64,000 bases of DNA from Macrostomum hystrix (taxonomy: Eukaryota; Animalia; Platyhelminthes). The stretch lies in the NCBI GenBank assembly GCA_950097015.1, contig CATNEN010000038.1, positions 22,568,001 to 22,632,000 on the forward strand. Direction: 5' to 3'. This document shows, in pieces, positions 1-14,100 of the stretch. The stretch's first letter is position 1. Each line of letters opens with the position of its first letter. A program made the translations under genes and the position numbers. The notes beneath the pieces were generated by a model that was not told the origin of the DNA, made no database searches, and saw nothing but the letters and a program-made list of their open reading frames with translations.

Positions 1-690
1 GACTCAGTGGGATTAGACACTGTGAGATTAGACTCAATGAGATTAGACTCAGTGAGATTAGACTCAATGAGATTAGACTCAGTGAGATTAGACTCAGTGA
101 GATTAGACTCAATGAGATTAGACTCAGTGAGATTAGACTCAGTGGGATTAGACACTGTGAGATTAGACTCAATGAGATTAGACTCAGTGAGATTAGACTC
201 AATGAGATTAGACTCAGTGAGATTAGACTCAATGAGATTAGACTCAGTGAGATTAGACTCAGTGAGATTAGACTCAATGAGATTAGACTCGGTGAGATTA
301 GATTCAGTGAGATTAGACTCAATGAGATTAGACTCAGTGAGATTAGACTCAATGAGATTAGATTCAGTGAGATTAGACTCAGTGAGATTAGACTCAGTGA
401 GATTAGACTCAATGAGATTAGACTCAGTGAGATTAGACTCAGTGGGATTAGACACTGTGAGATTAGACTCAATGAGATTAGACTCAGTGAGATTAGACTC
501 AATGAGATTAGACTCAGTGAGATTAGACTCAATGAGATTAGACTCAGTGAGATTAGACTCAGTGAGATTAGACTCAATGAGATTAGACTCAATGAGATTA
601 GACTCGGTGAGATTAGATTCAGTGAGATTAGACTCAATGAGATTAGATTCAGTGAGATTAGACTCAATGAGATTAGACTCAGTGAGAGAT
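1..690. repeat. 15-bp minisatellite (GAGATTAGACTCAGT/AAT), intronic in TSNAXIP1, runs off the window start
   Basis: Directly visible tandem 15-mer; ends about 65 bp before the acceptor at 754-755. Confidence 0.97.
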
Positions 691-755
691 TAGACACATG
701 AGATCAGTCTCATGGATTCATAGCACTAGATCGGAATCTACTTATCCCATCACAG

Positions 756-3700
756 GCCGGAGTGGGAGCGCTGCGGTGAGTATATTTCAGGCGGCGCCGA
801 CCGTTGGAAGGAGCTGAGTCAGGGCAAACGCTCGGACGAGCTGGTAGACATCATTCTGCAGGAGATGTCCGGCCTCACAACTGGCGAGGCTCAGATGCTT
901 GAAGGGCTTGGCTACGATGACAAGGTTGGTGATGAGTCATAGAGTCATTCAATTTTTGTGATGGTACTTCTAAATTAATCAGCTTGAGCATGCTGTCAAT
1001 TTTGTGTAGGATTCGGTTTGAGTAGGATTCAGTTTGAGTAGGATTCAGTTTGAGTAGGATTCAGTTTGAGTAGGATTCAGTTTGAGTAGGATTCAGTTTG
1101 AGTAGGATTCAGTTTGAGTAGGATTCAGTTTGAGTAGGATTCAGTTTGAGTAGGATTCAGTTTGAGTAGGATTCAGTTTGAGTAGGATTCAGTTTGAGTA
1201 GGATTCAGTTTGAGTAGGATTCAGTTTGAGTAGGATTCAGTTTGAGTAGGATTCAGTTTGAGTAGGATTCAGTTTGAGTAGGATTCAGTTTGAGTAGGAT
1301 TCAGTTTGAGTAGGATTCAGTTTGAGTAGGATTCAGTTTGAGTAGGATTCAGTTTGAGTAGGATTCAGTTTGAGTAGGATTCAGTTTGAGTAGGATTCAG
1401 TTTGAGTAGGATTCAGTTTGAGTAGGATTCAGTTTGAGTAGGATTCAGTTTGAGTAGGATTCAGTTTGAGTAGGATTCAGTTTGAGTAGGATTCAGTTTG
1501 AGTAGGATTCAGTTTGAGTAGGATTCAGTTTGAGTAGGATTCAGTTTGAGTAGGATTCAGTTTGAGTAGGATTCAGTTTGAGTAGGATTCAGTTTGAGTA
1601 GGATTCAGTTTGAGTAGGATTCGGTTTGAGTAGGATTCAGTTTGAGTAGGATTCAGTTTGAGTAGGATTCAGTTTGAGTAGGATTCGGTTTGAGTAGGAT
1701 TCGGTTTGAGTAGGATTCAGTTTGAGTAGGATTCAGTTTGAGTAGGATTCAGTTTGAGTAGGATTCAGTTTGAGTAGGATTCGGTTTGAGTAGGATTCAG
1801 TTTGAGTAGGATTCAGTTTGAGTAGGATTCAGTTTGAGTAGGATTCAGTTTGAGTAGGATTCAGTTTGAGTAGGATTCAGTTTGAGTAGGATTCAGTTTG
1901 AGTAGGATTCAGTTTGAGTAGGATTCAGTTTGAGTAGGATTCAGTTTGAGTAGGATTCAGTTTGAGTAGGATTCAGTTTGAGTAGGATTCAGTTTGAGTA
2001 GGATTCAGTTTGAGTAGGATTCAGTTTGAGTAGGATTCAGTTTGAGTAGGATTCGGTTTGAGTAGGATTCAGTTTGAGTAGGATTCAGTTTGAGTAGGAT
2101 TCAGTTTGAGTAGGATTCAGTTTGAGTAGGATTCAGTTTGAGTAGGATTCAGTTTGAGTAGGATTCGGTTTGAGTAGGATTCAGTTTGAGTAGGATTCAG
2201 TTTGAGTAGGATTCAGTTTGAGTAGGATTCAGTTTGAGTAGGATTCAGTTTGAGTAGGATTCAGTTTGAGTAGGATTCAGTTTGAGTAGGATTCAGTTTG
2301 AGTAGGATTCAGTTTGAGTAGGATTCAGTTTGAGTAGGATTCAGTTTGAGTAGGATTCAGTTTGAGTAGGATTCAGTTTGAGTAGGATTCAGTTTGAGTA
2401 GGATTCAGTTTGAGTAGGATTCAGTTTGAGTAGGATTCAGTTTGAGTAGGATTCAGTTTGAGTAGGATTCAGTTTGAGTAGGATTCAGTTTGAGTAGGAT
2501 TCAGTTTGAGTAGGATTCAGTTCCTGATGCCGAGTTCCTGATGGAACGCACTAAATGATTTATGGCCGTCTGCCGAATGCCAATCCGCCAGGTGCCAAAG
2601 TTCCTGCAGCACGCCACCCCAGTCAATAATCGCCGAATGACGAAGCGTGACGCCCGCATCCACATTCGCGAGATCTGGGACGCCAGAAAGCGGGAGAAGG
2701 ACGAACAGGCGGCCGCGTTCGAGAAAGGCGACGCCAAGCCGTTGACTCCGATGGGAGACTTCGTCGACACATTGTTCCGCAGCATCTACGGCATCGATCA
2801 GATCCGGGTTGAGTGGGCCTACAGCTTCTACGATGCGCTGCAGCGCTACGGTCAGGACGAGCGCTGCCAGCAGTTCTACTCGGTCCTCATGGGCACAATG
2901 TCCGAGGACGTCTACTGGGACGACATGCGCACCTTGGGTAGGCTGCTGGACGCCTTCAAAGCCAAGGATCCCAGCGGCTCCGGGCTGCTGGACAAAGCCG
3001 AGTTTGGCGCCGTCATGCGCGAATTCTTCCTAGGCAGAACTGATGACACTTATCAGGAGCTGGTCGATGTGGCTGCTCAGGAGCTCGACACAGACGCCTC
3101 CGCCAAACTGGAATTCGACAAGCTCTTCATGACTGTGAGCCCCTTCCCTACTGGCCACTTCCTCTGCCACTCTCTGCCATCCCCTGTTCCTCTCTCCCCT
3201 CCCCATTTTCCTCTCTCCCCACCCCATTTTCCTCTCTCCCCTCCCCCTGTTCCTCTCTCCCCTTCATCTGTTCCTCTCTCCCCTGCCCCTGTCCCTCTCT
3301 CCCCTCCATCTTTTCCTCTCTACCCTGCATCTGTTCCCCTCTCCCCTGCATATGTTCCCCTCTCCCCTGCATCTGTTCCCCTCTCCCCTGCATCTGTTCC
3401 CCTCTCCCCTGCATCTGTTCCCCTCTCCCCTGCATCTGTTCCTCTCTCCCCTACATCTGTTCCTCTCTCCCCTCCATCTGTTCCTCTCTCCCCTCCATCT
3501 GTTCCTCTCTCCCCTCCATCTGTTCCTATCTCCCCTCCATCTGTTCCTCTCTCCCCTCCCCCTGTTCTTCTCTCCCATCCATCTGTTCCTCTCTCCCCTC
3601 CATCTGCTCCTCTCTCCCCTCCATCTGATCCTCTCTCCCCTCCATCTGTTCCTCTCTCCTATTCCCTCTTTTTCAATTAGTGGCTGTTTACAAAGATAGT

Positions 3701-6071
3701 TAGTAATAAAGCAAAAAACTAACATTTGTTTTACAGGATGACGAAGGTGAATTTGGCGCTTTTTTAAAAGACGTTAGAAAGCTACTGCGCGACGAGAAGG
3801 AGAAGTACATTGCCGAGATTCGCAAGGAGCTGGTCGATATTTCGTAAGCGCATTCTTTTTTTCCGATGATGTTCTTGAATTTCTACTATCAGTAGAGTGA
3901 AACTATTAAGAGCGTAATGATAAAAATTTGTAATTTTATTTGTACACCTTCAGCAATTCCAAGAAACGAGAGTCAAGGTAATTAAAATAAAAGAAAACTG
4001 CCTAAATCTGTCGAAAATTAAAGTGCTGGCACTGATTTCAAATTAGTTGATTTCCAGCTTTGTCCATGTACGCATGCAAATAAGCTACTTATACAGTAAT
4101 ATACGAGTAGTAATGAATATAATTTTCAGGGCATGCGCCGTATCCAATCTCCAAATTTGCTTCAATGTCAAAATTGCTTCTCTGTAGTTCTCGACTTCAA
4201 GCTAGTTGCTTGCCAAGTTTGTTGTTGGCTTGTAAGTTTATTGATTAAAACAGAAATCCAATCAGAAGAAATTTATTATCGCTTTAAAGAGGCCGATATA
4301 TCATCAACACGCTAATGCCTCTTAACTAATCTGCTTCTAGCAGCAATGTCGAAGCAGGCGAAGGCGGCGAGGCCAGCGACAATGACAACGAGACTTACGA
4401 GTCTGAAACGCGAGCAGTCGGAAGTATTCGGTTTGTTGCACTCCATCACAGTCGAAACCCTTTCTGGATCCCACAGTTTCGTCTTTTAGGCAACACAGAT
4501 TTCTGCTTTAGGAAGTAGCCGCATTCCCCAGTTGATAATTTAGACTAATTTGACTAGTTTAAATTTAGTGGAAACTGTTTATAGTCAACCCAACAGCTTT
4601 CCTTTCGTGCATCGCTCTCACTCCGCCTGTACTGAGAGACGCACCATGAACCGCATCTCCAGAACACCCACCGCACTCCGCGTGTCCCGACACCCCCCTC
4701 ACCTCCGCAAGACTAGATACCATCCTCACTCCACAAGTATAGACTGCACCCAACTCACGCCGCGTGTCCCAACACCCACCTCACGCCGCGTGTCCCTACA
4801 CCCACCTCAATTCGCAAGTATAGACAACCCACTCTGCAAGTATAGACACCCACCCCACTCAGCCTGTCCTGACACCACATCACTCCTCCTGTCCCGACAC
4901 CACCTCACTCCGCAAGTATAGACTGCACCCAACTCACCCAGCCAGTCGCGCAGCCACCTCACTCCACCAGTCCAGACGCCCACCTCAGTTCGCCTGTCCC
5001 CCAAATTTTCTTCTAATTCCATCCGCGACAAGATTTAGTTTAAAATAAAAACAGATGTAAATATTTTTAATCAATCCTGCATTATCGGTGGTTTTTCAGC
5101 TTTGTGTATGCTATGTCTCGTTTTCTTTCGTGTCAGTTTCTCTTTAATAAAATTATGGCTTGCATGCGTTATTGACACCTTGTGTCTGTTGTTTTGTTTT
5201 GAAATCTGTCAGCTGTTCTGTGGTCAATGTCAAAAGCTATTATTTTTGCATGGCAGTTATAGCAACCCTTTGCCTTTGCATGTCCATTTCCTGAACTGTG
5301 TCCCCGTGTCTGCACGCACTCGTTGTTCCAGAAATTTAATTCTTGCATGAAAACTTCCAACACTTTGAATGTCGCACAACAAACCAATTTTAGATAATCC
5401 TTTTTAACCCAATTACTTTAGCATTTTTACTTTAGTTCGATAGGCTACAAAATAATAAGACATAGATTACTTGAATTTGTTAACACGGGCCAAAACTATT
5501 TAAGTTAAGTGAAAGCAAAAAGGCAATATCTTGACGATGCCATTCAATTATCCAAGACACCCACCTCACTAATCATGCCCAATAAATTAGATAGCCTCGA
5601 GTGTCATTTCGACTGTCCAGACATTACTAAGCCTGTCTAAACACCCACCTCACTCCGCCTGTCTAAACATCCACCTCACTCCGCCTGTCTAAACAACTAC
5701 CTCACTTTCCCTGTCTAAGCATCCCTATCCTATTCTATCCTATGAAAACCAGCAATTTTCAAAAGCGCCCTTTAATTTGACGTTTTGCTTACTATTTCTC
5801 TACAAATGAGTAAGTACAAGTGCTATAATGAGTAAAATCTCCCTAAAAACGCATACTCAGGGCTGACAAGCTTACGCCGGACGACTGTATCCGGGCCTTC
5901 GCAATCGTGGATCCGTCTCTAGATCCTCTCAAGCAGGAGGAATATCTGCGCTGGATTTTCAATGTGCCCAACAAGCAAGACGACTATCGTAAGGCCGGCC
6001 AATTGGACATTGACACCGTGTGCGACAGGATGCTTAACGGACCAATCAAGCGAATGGGAAAGCGACTGTAG
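756..6071 (+). CDS. TSNAXIP1: Translin-associated factor X-interacting protein 1, 3' part; exons 756-924, 2592-3134, 3737-3843, (possible 4341-4430), 5861-6071 (TAG)
   Basis: GT-AG junctions are phase-consistent. The translation PEWERCGEYISGGADRWKELSQGKRSDELVDIILQEM..GLGYDDK|VPKFL..WAYSFYDAL..QFYSVLMGTMSEDVY..LFMT|DDEG..DEKEKY..|..VDPSLD..IKRMGKRL* matches motifs I recall from vertebrate TSNAXIP1 (RPDW..GGPERW..GKNSDQLVD; QFYAVLMG; LFMEDEEG; IDPSLD). An EF-hand-like DPSGSGLLDKAEF is present. Confidence 0.88.
1007..2522. repeat. 16-bp minisatellite (GAGTAGGATTCAGTTT), about 95 near-identical copies, intronic
   Basis: Visible tandem array; essentially only an A/G variant (TCAG/TCGG). Confidence 0.97.
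3175..3665. repeat. 21-bp pyrimidine-rich minisatellite (CCCCTCCATCTGTTCCTCTCT), intronic
   Basis: Tandem 21-mer just after donor GTGAGC at 3135; explains the PPSVPLS tail of ORF 2562..3680. Confidence 0.92.
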
Positions 6072-6390
6072 AATATATCATCTGCTATCTATTGACGATA
6101 ATGCCAGGTTTTCTTTTCTCTTTTAAATTTGTCAAATTAAGATATTTTTTCACGAGTTGTAATATTTTTTCTATCTAATTATAACTTCTATTTTATAATT
6201 TCCTTCCCTTTTAGCAACCTCACTCCGTCAGTGGGCCTGCTTGACCTCTTATTGGCTAGTGGAACAAGCCAGTGCAGCTTTTTTAATTTCCTATAATTTT
6301 CCACCCACCCCACTCCGTTAGTTGGCCTTCTTGAGCGCTTATTGGCTGATGACGCAGGCTCTTTTTCATAGGCACACCCATCTCACTCCA
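4615..6390. repeat. Degenerate dispersed motif CACCCACCTCACTCCGC in clusters at about 4615-5000, 5555-5720 and 6215-6390
   Basis: Motif recurs more than 15 times with variable spacing in the last intron and 3' region of TSNAXIP1. Confidence 0.7.
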
Positions 6391-6418
6391 TTTGCATGTG
6401 CTGGTTAAACAATTTACC

Positions 6419-6424
6419 AATAAA
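6419..6424 (+). promoter_or_regulatory. Candidate polyadenylation signal AATAAA for TSNAXIP1
   Basis: AATAAA about 350 nt after the TAG at 6069-6071. Confidence 0.4.
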
Positions 6425-7012
6425 TCAATATATACCTCTGCTAGATATGATACATTCAAATAAGTTATAATGGACTTTATTGAATGAGCATGCTACAACA
6501 CAATTCGAAGTAAAAAAATGGTATGTATTTTTAAAGTGCACAAAACCGGGTTTACTCTGTTACTCGTTCCTAAGTTGTTTTGCTCCGCGGACTGACAAAT
6601 TTGCAGACCTTGCTGAATAATAGTTTCATGAGGACTCTATTTTTTACTGTCAATGTGATACATGCATACTCTTTGCTATAAAATTGGTACATATGAAACA
6701 TAAAATAAAAAGTATGTATATTTGCTGACCTATTCAAAATACTCATTCAGAAAGTAGTGATTTCTGTTCTAGCCAAAAAGGGCATCACATGGATAATAAA
6801 TTGTTTAAAAATAGTTATTTTATTTTTTTAAAAGACTGATCCAAAAGCATAAGCTACATATTTGATATATTCAAAATATCAAAAAAGTTTTAGATTTTCA
6901 AATTTTGTCGAAGTATTCAAATAGAAATCAGCCATGAACAGAATAATGAAACAACATTGTTGAACTTCGGCCTTCGAATTTGTAAAGATAGATAAATTCA
7001 TGAGTGATTCAG

Positions 7013-10000
7013 TAGATTCTGTGTGAATCATGGGATTCTGTATGAATCATGGGATTCTGTGTGAATCATGGGATTCTGTGTGAATCATGGGAATCTGTGT
7101 GAATCATGGGATTCTGTGTGAATCATGGGATTCTGTGTGAATCATGGGATTCTGTGTGAATCATGGGATTCTGTGTGAATCATGGGATTCTGTATGAATC
7201 ATGGGAATCTGTGTGAATCATGGGATTCTGTATGAATCATGGGATTCTGTGTGAATCATGGGATTCTGTGTGAATCATGGGATTCTGTGTGAATCATGGG
7301 ATTCTGTGTGAATCATGGGATTCTGTGTGAATCATGGGATTCTGTATGAATCATGGGAATCTGTGTGAATCATGGGATTCTGTGTGAATCATGGGATTCT
7401 GTATGAATCATGGGAATCTGTGTGAATCATGGGATTCTGTGTGAATCATGGGAATCTGTGTGAATCATGGGATTCTGTGTGAATCATGGGATTCTGTGTG
7501 AATCATGGGATTCTGTGTGAATCATGGGATTCTGTGTGAATCATGGGATTCTGTATGAATCATGGGAATCTGTGTGAATCATGGGATTCTGTATGAATCA
7601 TGGGATTCTGTGTGAATCATGGGATTCTGTGTGAATCATGGGATTCTGTGTGAATCATGGGATTCTGTGTGAATCATGGGATTCTGTGTGAATCATGGGA
7701 TTCTGTATGAATCATGGGAATCTGTGTGAATCATGGGATTCTGTGTGAATCATGGGATTCTGTGTGAATCATGGGATTCTGTGTGAATCATGGGATTCTG
7801 TGTGAATCATGGGATTCTGTATGAATCATGGGAATCTGTGTGAATCATGGGATTCTGTGTGAATCATGGGATTCTGTGTGAATCATGGGATTCTGTATGA
7901 ATCATGGGAATCTGTGTGAATCATGGGATTCTGTGTGAATCATGGGATTCTGTGTGAATCATGGGATTCTGTGTGAATCATGGAATTCTTTGTGAATCAT
8001 GGGATTTTGTGTGAATCATGGGATTCTTTGTGAATCATGGGATTCTGTGTGAATCATGGGATTCTGTATGAATCATGGGATTCTGTGTGAATCATGGGAT
8101 TCTGTGTGAATCATGGGATTCTGTGTGAATCATGGGATTCTGTATGAATCATGGGAATCTGTGTGAATCATGGGATTCTGTGTGAATCATGGGAATCTGT
8201 GTGAATCATGGGATTCTGTATGAATCATGGGAATCTGTGTGAATCATGGGATTCTGTGTGAATCATGGGATTCTGTGTGAATCATGGGATTCTGTATGAA
8301 TCATGGGAATCTGTGTGAATCATGGGATTCTGTGTGAATCATGGGATTCTGTGTGAATCATGGGATTCTGTGTGAATCATGGAATTCTTTGTGAATCATG
8401 GGATTCTGTGTGAATCATGGGATTCTGTGTGAATCATGGGATTCTGTGTGAATCATGGGATTCTTTGTGAATCATGGGATTCTGTGTGAATCATGGGATT
8501 CTGTATGAATCATGGGATTCTGTGTGAATCATGGGATTCTGTGTGAATCATGGGATTCTGTATGAATCATGGGAATCTGTGTGAATCATGGGATTCTGTG
8601 TGAATCATGGGATTCTGTGTGAATCATGGGATTCTGTGTGAATCATGGAATTCTTTGTGAATCATGGGATTCTGTGTGAATCATGGGATTCTGTGTGAAT
8701 CATGGGATTCTGTGTGAATCATGGGATTCTGTGTGAATCATGGGATTCTGTGTGAATCATGGGATTCTGTGTGAATCATGGGATTCTGTGTGAATCATGG
8801 GATTCTGTGTGAATCATGGGATTCTGTGTGAATCATGGGATTCTGTATGAATCATGGGAATCTGTGTGAATCATGGGATTCTGTGTGAATCATGGGATTC
8901 TGTGTGAATCATGGGATTCTGTATGAATCATGGGAATCTGTGTGAATCATGGGATTCTGTGTGAATCATGGGATTCTGTGTGAATCATGGGATTCTGTGT
9001 GAATCATGGAATTCTTTGTGAATCATGGGATTCTGTGTGAATCATGGGATTCTGTGTGAATCATGGGATTCTGTGTGAATCATGGGATTCTTTGTGAATC
9101 ATGGGATTCTGTGTGAATCATGGGATTCTGTATGAATCATGGGATTCTGTGTGAATCATGGGATTCTGTGTGAATCATGGGATTCTGTATGAATCATGGG
9201 AATTCTGTGTGAATCATGGGATTCTGTGTGAATCATGGGATTCTGTGTGAATCATGGGATTCTGTGTGAATCATGGAATTCTTTGTGAATCATGGGATTC
9301 TGTGTGAATCATGGGATTCTTTGTGAATCATGGGATTCTGTGTGAATCATGGGATTCTGTGTGAATCATGGGATTCTGTGTGAATCATGGGATTCTGTGT
9401 GAATCATGGGATTCTGTGTGAATCATGGGATTCTGTGTGAATCATGGGATTCTGTGTGAATCATGGGATTCTGTGTGAATCATGGGATTCTGTGTGAATC
9501 ATGGGATTCTGTGTGAATCATGGGATTCTGTGTGAATCATGGGATTCTGTGTGAATCATGGGATTCTGTGTGAATCATGGGATTCTGTGTGAATCATGGG
9601 ATTCTGTGTGAATCATGGGATTCTGTGTGAATCATGGGATTCTGTGTGAATCATGGGATTCTGTGTGAATCATGGGATTCTGTGTGAATCATGGGATTCT
9701 GTGTGAATCATGGGATTCTGTGTGAATCATGGGATTCTGTGTGAATCATGGGATTCTGTGTGAATCATGGATTCTGTGTGAATCATGGGATTCTGTGTGA
9801 ATCATGGGATTCTGTGTGAATCATGGGATTCTGTGTGAATCATGGGATTCTGTGTGAATCATGGGATTCTGTGTGAATCATGGGATTCTGTGTGAATCAT
9901 GGGATTCTGTGTGAATCATGGGATTCTGTGTGAATCATGGGATTCTGTGTGAATCATGGGATTCTGTGTGAATCATGGGATTCTGTGTGAATCATGGATT

Positions 10001-10738
10001 CTGTGTGAATCATGGGATTCTGTGTGAATCATGGGATTCTGTGTGAATCATGGGATTCTGTGTGAATCATGGGATTCTGTGTGAATCATGGGATTCTGTG
10101 TGAATCATGGGATTCTGTGTGAATCATGGGATTCTGTGTGAATCATGGGATTCTGTGTGAATCATGGGATTCTGTGTGAATCATGGTTCTGTGTGAATCA
10201 TGGGATTCTGTGTGAATCATGGGATTCTGTGTGAATCATGGGATTCTGTGTGAATCATGGGATTCTGTGTGAATCATGGGATTCTGTGTGAATCATGGGA
10301 TTCTGTGTGAATCATGGGATTCTGTGTGAATCATGGGATTCTGTGTGAATCATGGGATTCTGTGTGAATCATGGGATTCTGTGTGAATCATGGGATTCTG
10401 TGTGAATCATGGGATTCTGTGTGAATCATGGGATTCTGTGTGAATCATGGAATTCTTTGTGAATCATGGGATTCTGTGTGAATCATGGGATTCTGTGTGA
10501 ATCATGGGATTCTGTGTGAATCATGGGATTCTGTGTGAATCATGGGATTCTGTGTGAATCATGGGATTCTGTGTGAATCATGGGATTCTGTGTGAATCAT
10601 GGGATTCTGTGTGAATCATGGGATTCTGTGTGAATCATGGGATTCTGTGTGAATCATGGGATTCTGTGTGAATCATGGGATTCTGTGTGAATCATGGGAT
10701 TCTGTGTGAATCATGGGATTCTGTGTGAATCATAGAAT
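7013..10738. repeat. 19-bp minisatellite (GTGAATCATGGGATTCTGT), about 195 copies, between convergent genes
   Basis: Visible tandem array; each unit holds the inverted pair GAATC/GATTC. Confidence 0.97.
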
Positions 10739-11188
10739 CTGGCTTGTTTGCCTTCGTCAGTCAGCCATAGCCACACGCAGTCCTCCCTCACCACTCTCAG
10801 TGTGCACAGAAGTCTGTTTTAACCTTGCCATTTTTATGGCGATATTTTTTAGTGTTATGTGAGAGTTTTGCAGCCAAGTCTTTGCTTTTCTACTGTTGTC
10901 AGTAGTCTGAATTGTATCTCTCACAGCAGTTATTGAGCCGAAAATGTTAACCCGTGTTTTAGATTTTAATGGCGTTTGGTTGAATATTTTAAGGACATAC
11001 AGAAAAAAAGAAAAATACGCGCAGTCCTTCTACTGTTAAATAAGGAGTGTTTCAATAAGCATTCAATGTGCGAGCGGTGACAAAAATGTGTCTGTCACTG
11101 AAAGCAAAGGAACGGTATGTTAATTACAGGCGCCGATTTGCATAGGCTAATGAGCTCTGGCATGGCAACCAGAAGACTTCTCCGAGTG

Positions 11189-14100
11189 TCAGCACAATCG
11201 TCTGCCCGCAGCAGCTAGTCTCTGCCCGGCCTCCGCACCCATTCGGCCAAACTCGCCCAGCTGTTCGTCGACTCGGCGCAGTCGGGCAAAATTCGCCCCG
11301 AACGAGTTGGCCTCCGAGTTTAACGAAGCCACGAGAAGATCCCGTCTGAATGTCTCCTCCTCCTGGGTTGTCATGGAAACCGTGCTCCTTAAAGGCGGCG
11401 TTTTTGATCTCAGCTCCCAGGCATATTTTCCAAGCAGATTGAACAGATTTAGAAAGCTAATCTGGTTGTATTGCAAGCTGCGCGAATCGAAAATCGCCTC
11501 CGTCCAATCCTTGCCGTGCTCCTTGAGCTTCAAGGTCAGGGGATTATCCGTGCCAGCTAAAAGTACAAATGGTCGTTTGAATCATTATCGTATCATTATT
11601 TAAAAAGTTCCGCAAATTAATTCGACACTAAAAAACTCTTGCCAGTTTTTGCAATCTGTCGTGAAAAGTACACGAACGCTGCGCCAATCGGGTCTTCGTC
11701 CACAGCAGCCGGTTGTGTGACGTTGTCAACCGTCGTCGATGTGACGCTTAACTCCTTGGCGATGTGCTCCAACTGGATTAAACCGGTTTTCAGATTTGAA
11801 TAGCGCTCCAATAGGCTGTTGAACAGAGTTGCGATATCCTAAGTAGATTTGGAAATGAGAGTGGTGGGTGCAAATGTGCTTCATACATCGAGGTGGGTGC
11901 TGAGCTTTATCGATCGCGTCCGTACATTCGGGAGGTGGGTGCTAGGCTTTATCAAACGCGTCCATAAATTGCGGAGGTGGGTGCTAGGCTTTATCGATCG
12001 CGTCCATAGGTGGGGAGGTGGGTGCTCGGCTTTATCGATTGCGTCCATAAATTGCGGAGGTGGGTGCTAGGCTTTATCGATCGCGTCCATAGATTAGGGA
12101 GGTGGGTGCTAGGCTTTATCGATCGCGTCCATAGATTGGGGAGGTGGGTGCTAGGCTTTATCGATCGCGTCCATAGATTGGGGAGGTGGGTGTTAGGCTT
12201 TATCGATCGCGTCCATAGATTGGGGAGGTGGGTGTTAGGCTTTATCGATTGCGTTCATAAATTGCGGAGGTGGGTGCTAGGCTTTATCGATCGCGTCCAT
12301 AGATTGGGGAGGTGGGTGCTAGGCTTTATCGATCGCGTCCATAGATTGGGGAGGTGGGTGCTAGTCTTTATCGATCGCGTCCGTACATTCGGGGGTGGGT
12401 GCTGGGGATTATCGATCGCGTACTTAGTTTGGATGAGGGTCCAACAAGTTAAAGATCCCATTCTCATTTTGGCAATATGAGCCTTAAAACTCACGCTCAG
12501 CCGCTTGTCCAAATTATCCAGTCCAACTCTGTTAAAGATGAGCGCCGAATCGTCTGAAATCAGTTTTTTAAACTCTTGGAAAAGTTATTCTTAAAAAATG
12601 AAGCACATATTTTCTGTTGATTAGCGTACCTGAATTGCGAGTGCGACTATTACTGACGGAACTCACTGTGTAGCCCTGCTGATTTGGATCTCGCTGTCGC
12701 GAAGGTACCGGAACTGTTTGCTGCTGCTGCTGATGCCGAATCGGGTTCTGATGCTGATTGGCCACTAAGCTGCTTCTCTCAGTGGGTCCTGGGCTTGGCT
12801 GTTAATAATGAAATAGCCAATGAAGGATAATTTAGAATCTATGCACGATAATTCTGAAACTATGCACGATAATTCTGAAACTGTGAAGGATAATTCGGAA
12901 ACTATGCACGATAATTCTGAAACTATGCACGATAATTCTGAAACTGTGAAGGATAATTCTGAAACTGTGAAGGATAATTCGGAAACTATGCACGATAATT
13001 CTGAAACTATGCACGATAATTCTGAAACTGTGAAGGATAATTCGGAAACTATGCACGATAATTCTGAAACTATGCACGATAATTCTGAAACTGTGAAGGA
13101 TAATTCGGAAACTATGCACGATAATTCTGAAACTATGCACGATAATTCTGAAACTATGCACGATAATTCGGAAACTGTGAAGGATAATTCTGAAACTATG
13201 CACGATAATTCTGAAACTGTGAAGGATAATTCGGAAACTGTGAAGGATAATTCGGAAACTATGCATGATGGTTCTGAAACTATGCACGATAATTCTGAAA
13301 CTGTGAAGGATAATTCTGAAACTGTGAAGGATAATTCTGAAACTATGCACGATAATTCTGAAACTGTGAAGGATAATTCGGAAACTATGCACGATAATTC
13401 TGAAACTATGCACGATAATTCTGAAACTGTGAAGGATAATTCGGAAACTATGCACGATAATTCTGAAACTATGCACGATAATTCTGAAACTGTGAAGGAT
13501 AATTCGGAAACTGTGAAGGATAATTCGGAAACTATGCATGATGGTTCTGAAACTATGCACGATAATTCTGAAACTGTGAAGGATAATTCTGAAACTATGC
13601 ACGATAATTCTGAAACTGTGAAGGATAATTCGGAAACTATGCACGATAATTCTGAAACTATGCACGATAATTCTGAAACTATGCACGATAATTCGGAAAC
13701 TGTGAAGGATAATTCTGAAACTATGCACGATAATTCTGAAACTATGCACGATAATTCTGAAACTGTGAAGGATAATTCTGAAACTATGCACGATAATTCT
13801 GAAACTGTGAAGGATAATTCGGAAACTGTGAAGGATAATTCGGAAACTATGCATGATGATTCAGAAACTATGCATGATAATTCGGAAACTGTGCATGATG
13901 ATTCGGAAACTGTGCATGATAATTCAGAAACTATGTGCGATAATTCGGAAACTGTGAAGGATAATTCTGAAACTATGCATGATAATTCAGAAACTATGCA
14001 TGATGATTCGGAAAATATGTGTGATAACTCGGAAACTATGCATGATAATTCGGAAACTGTGCATGATGATTCGGAAACTATGCATGATGATTCAGAAACT

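Noticed and set aside
3135-3680. Pro-rich C-terminal extension of ORF 2562..3680
   Set aside because: Read-through past the GTGAGC donor into an intronic 21-bp repeat; homology continues in the exon at 3737.
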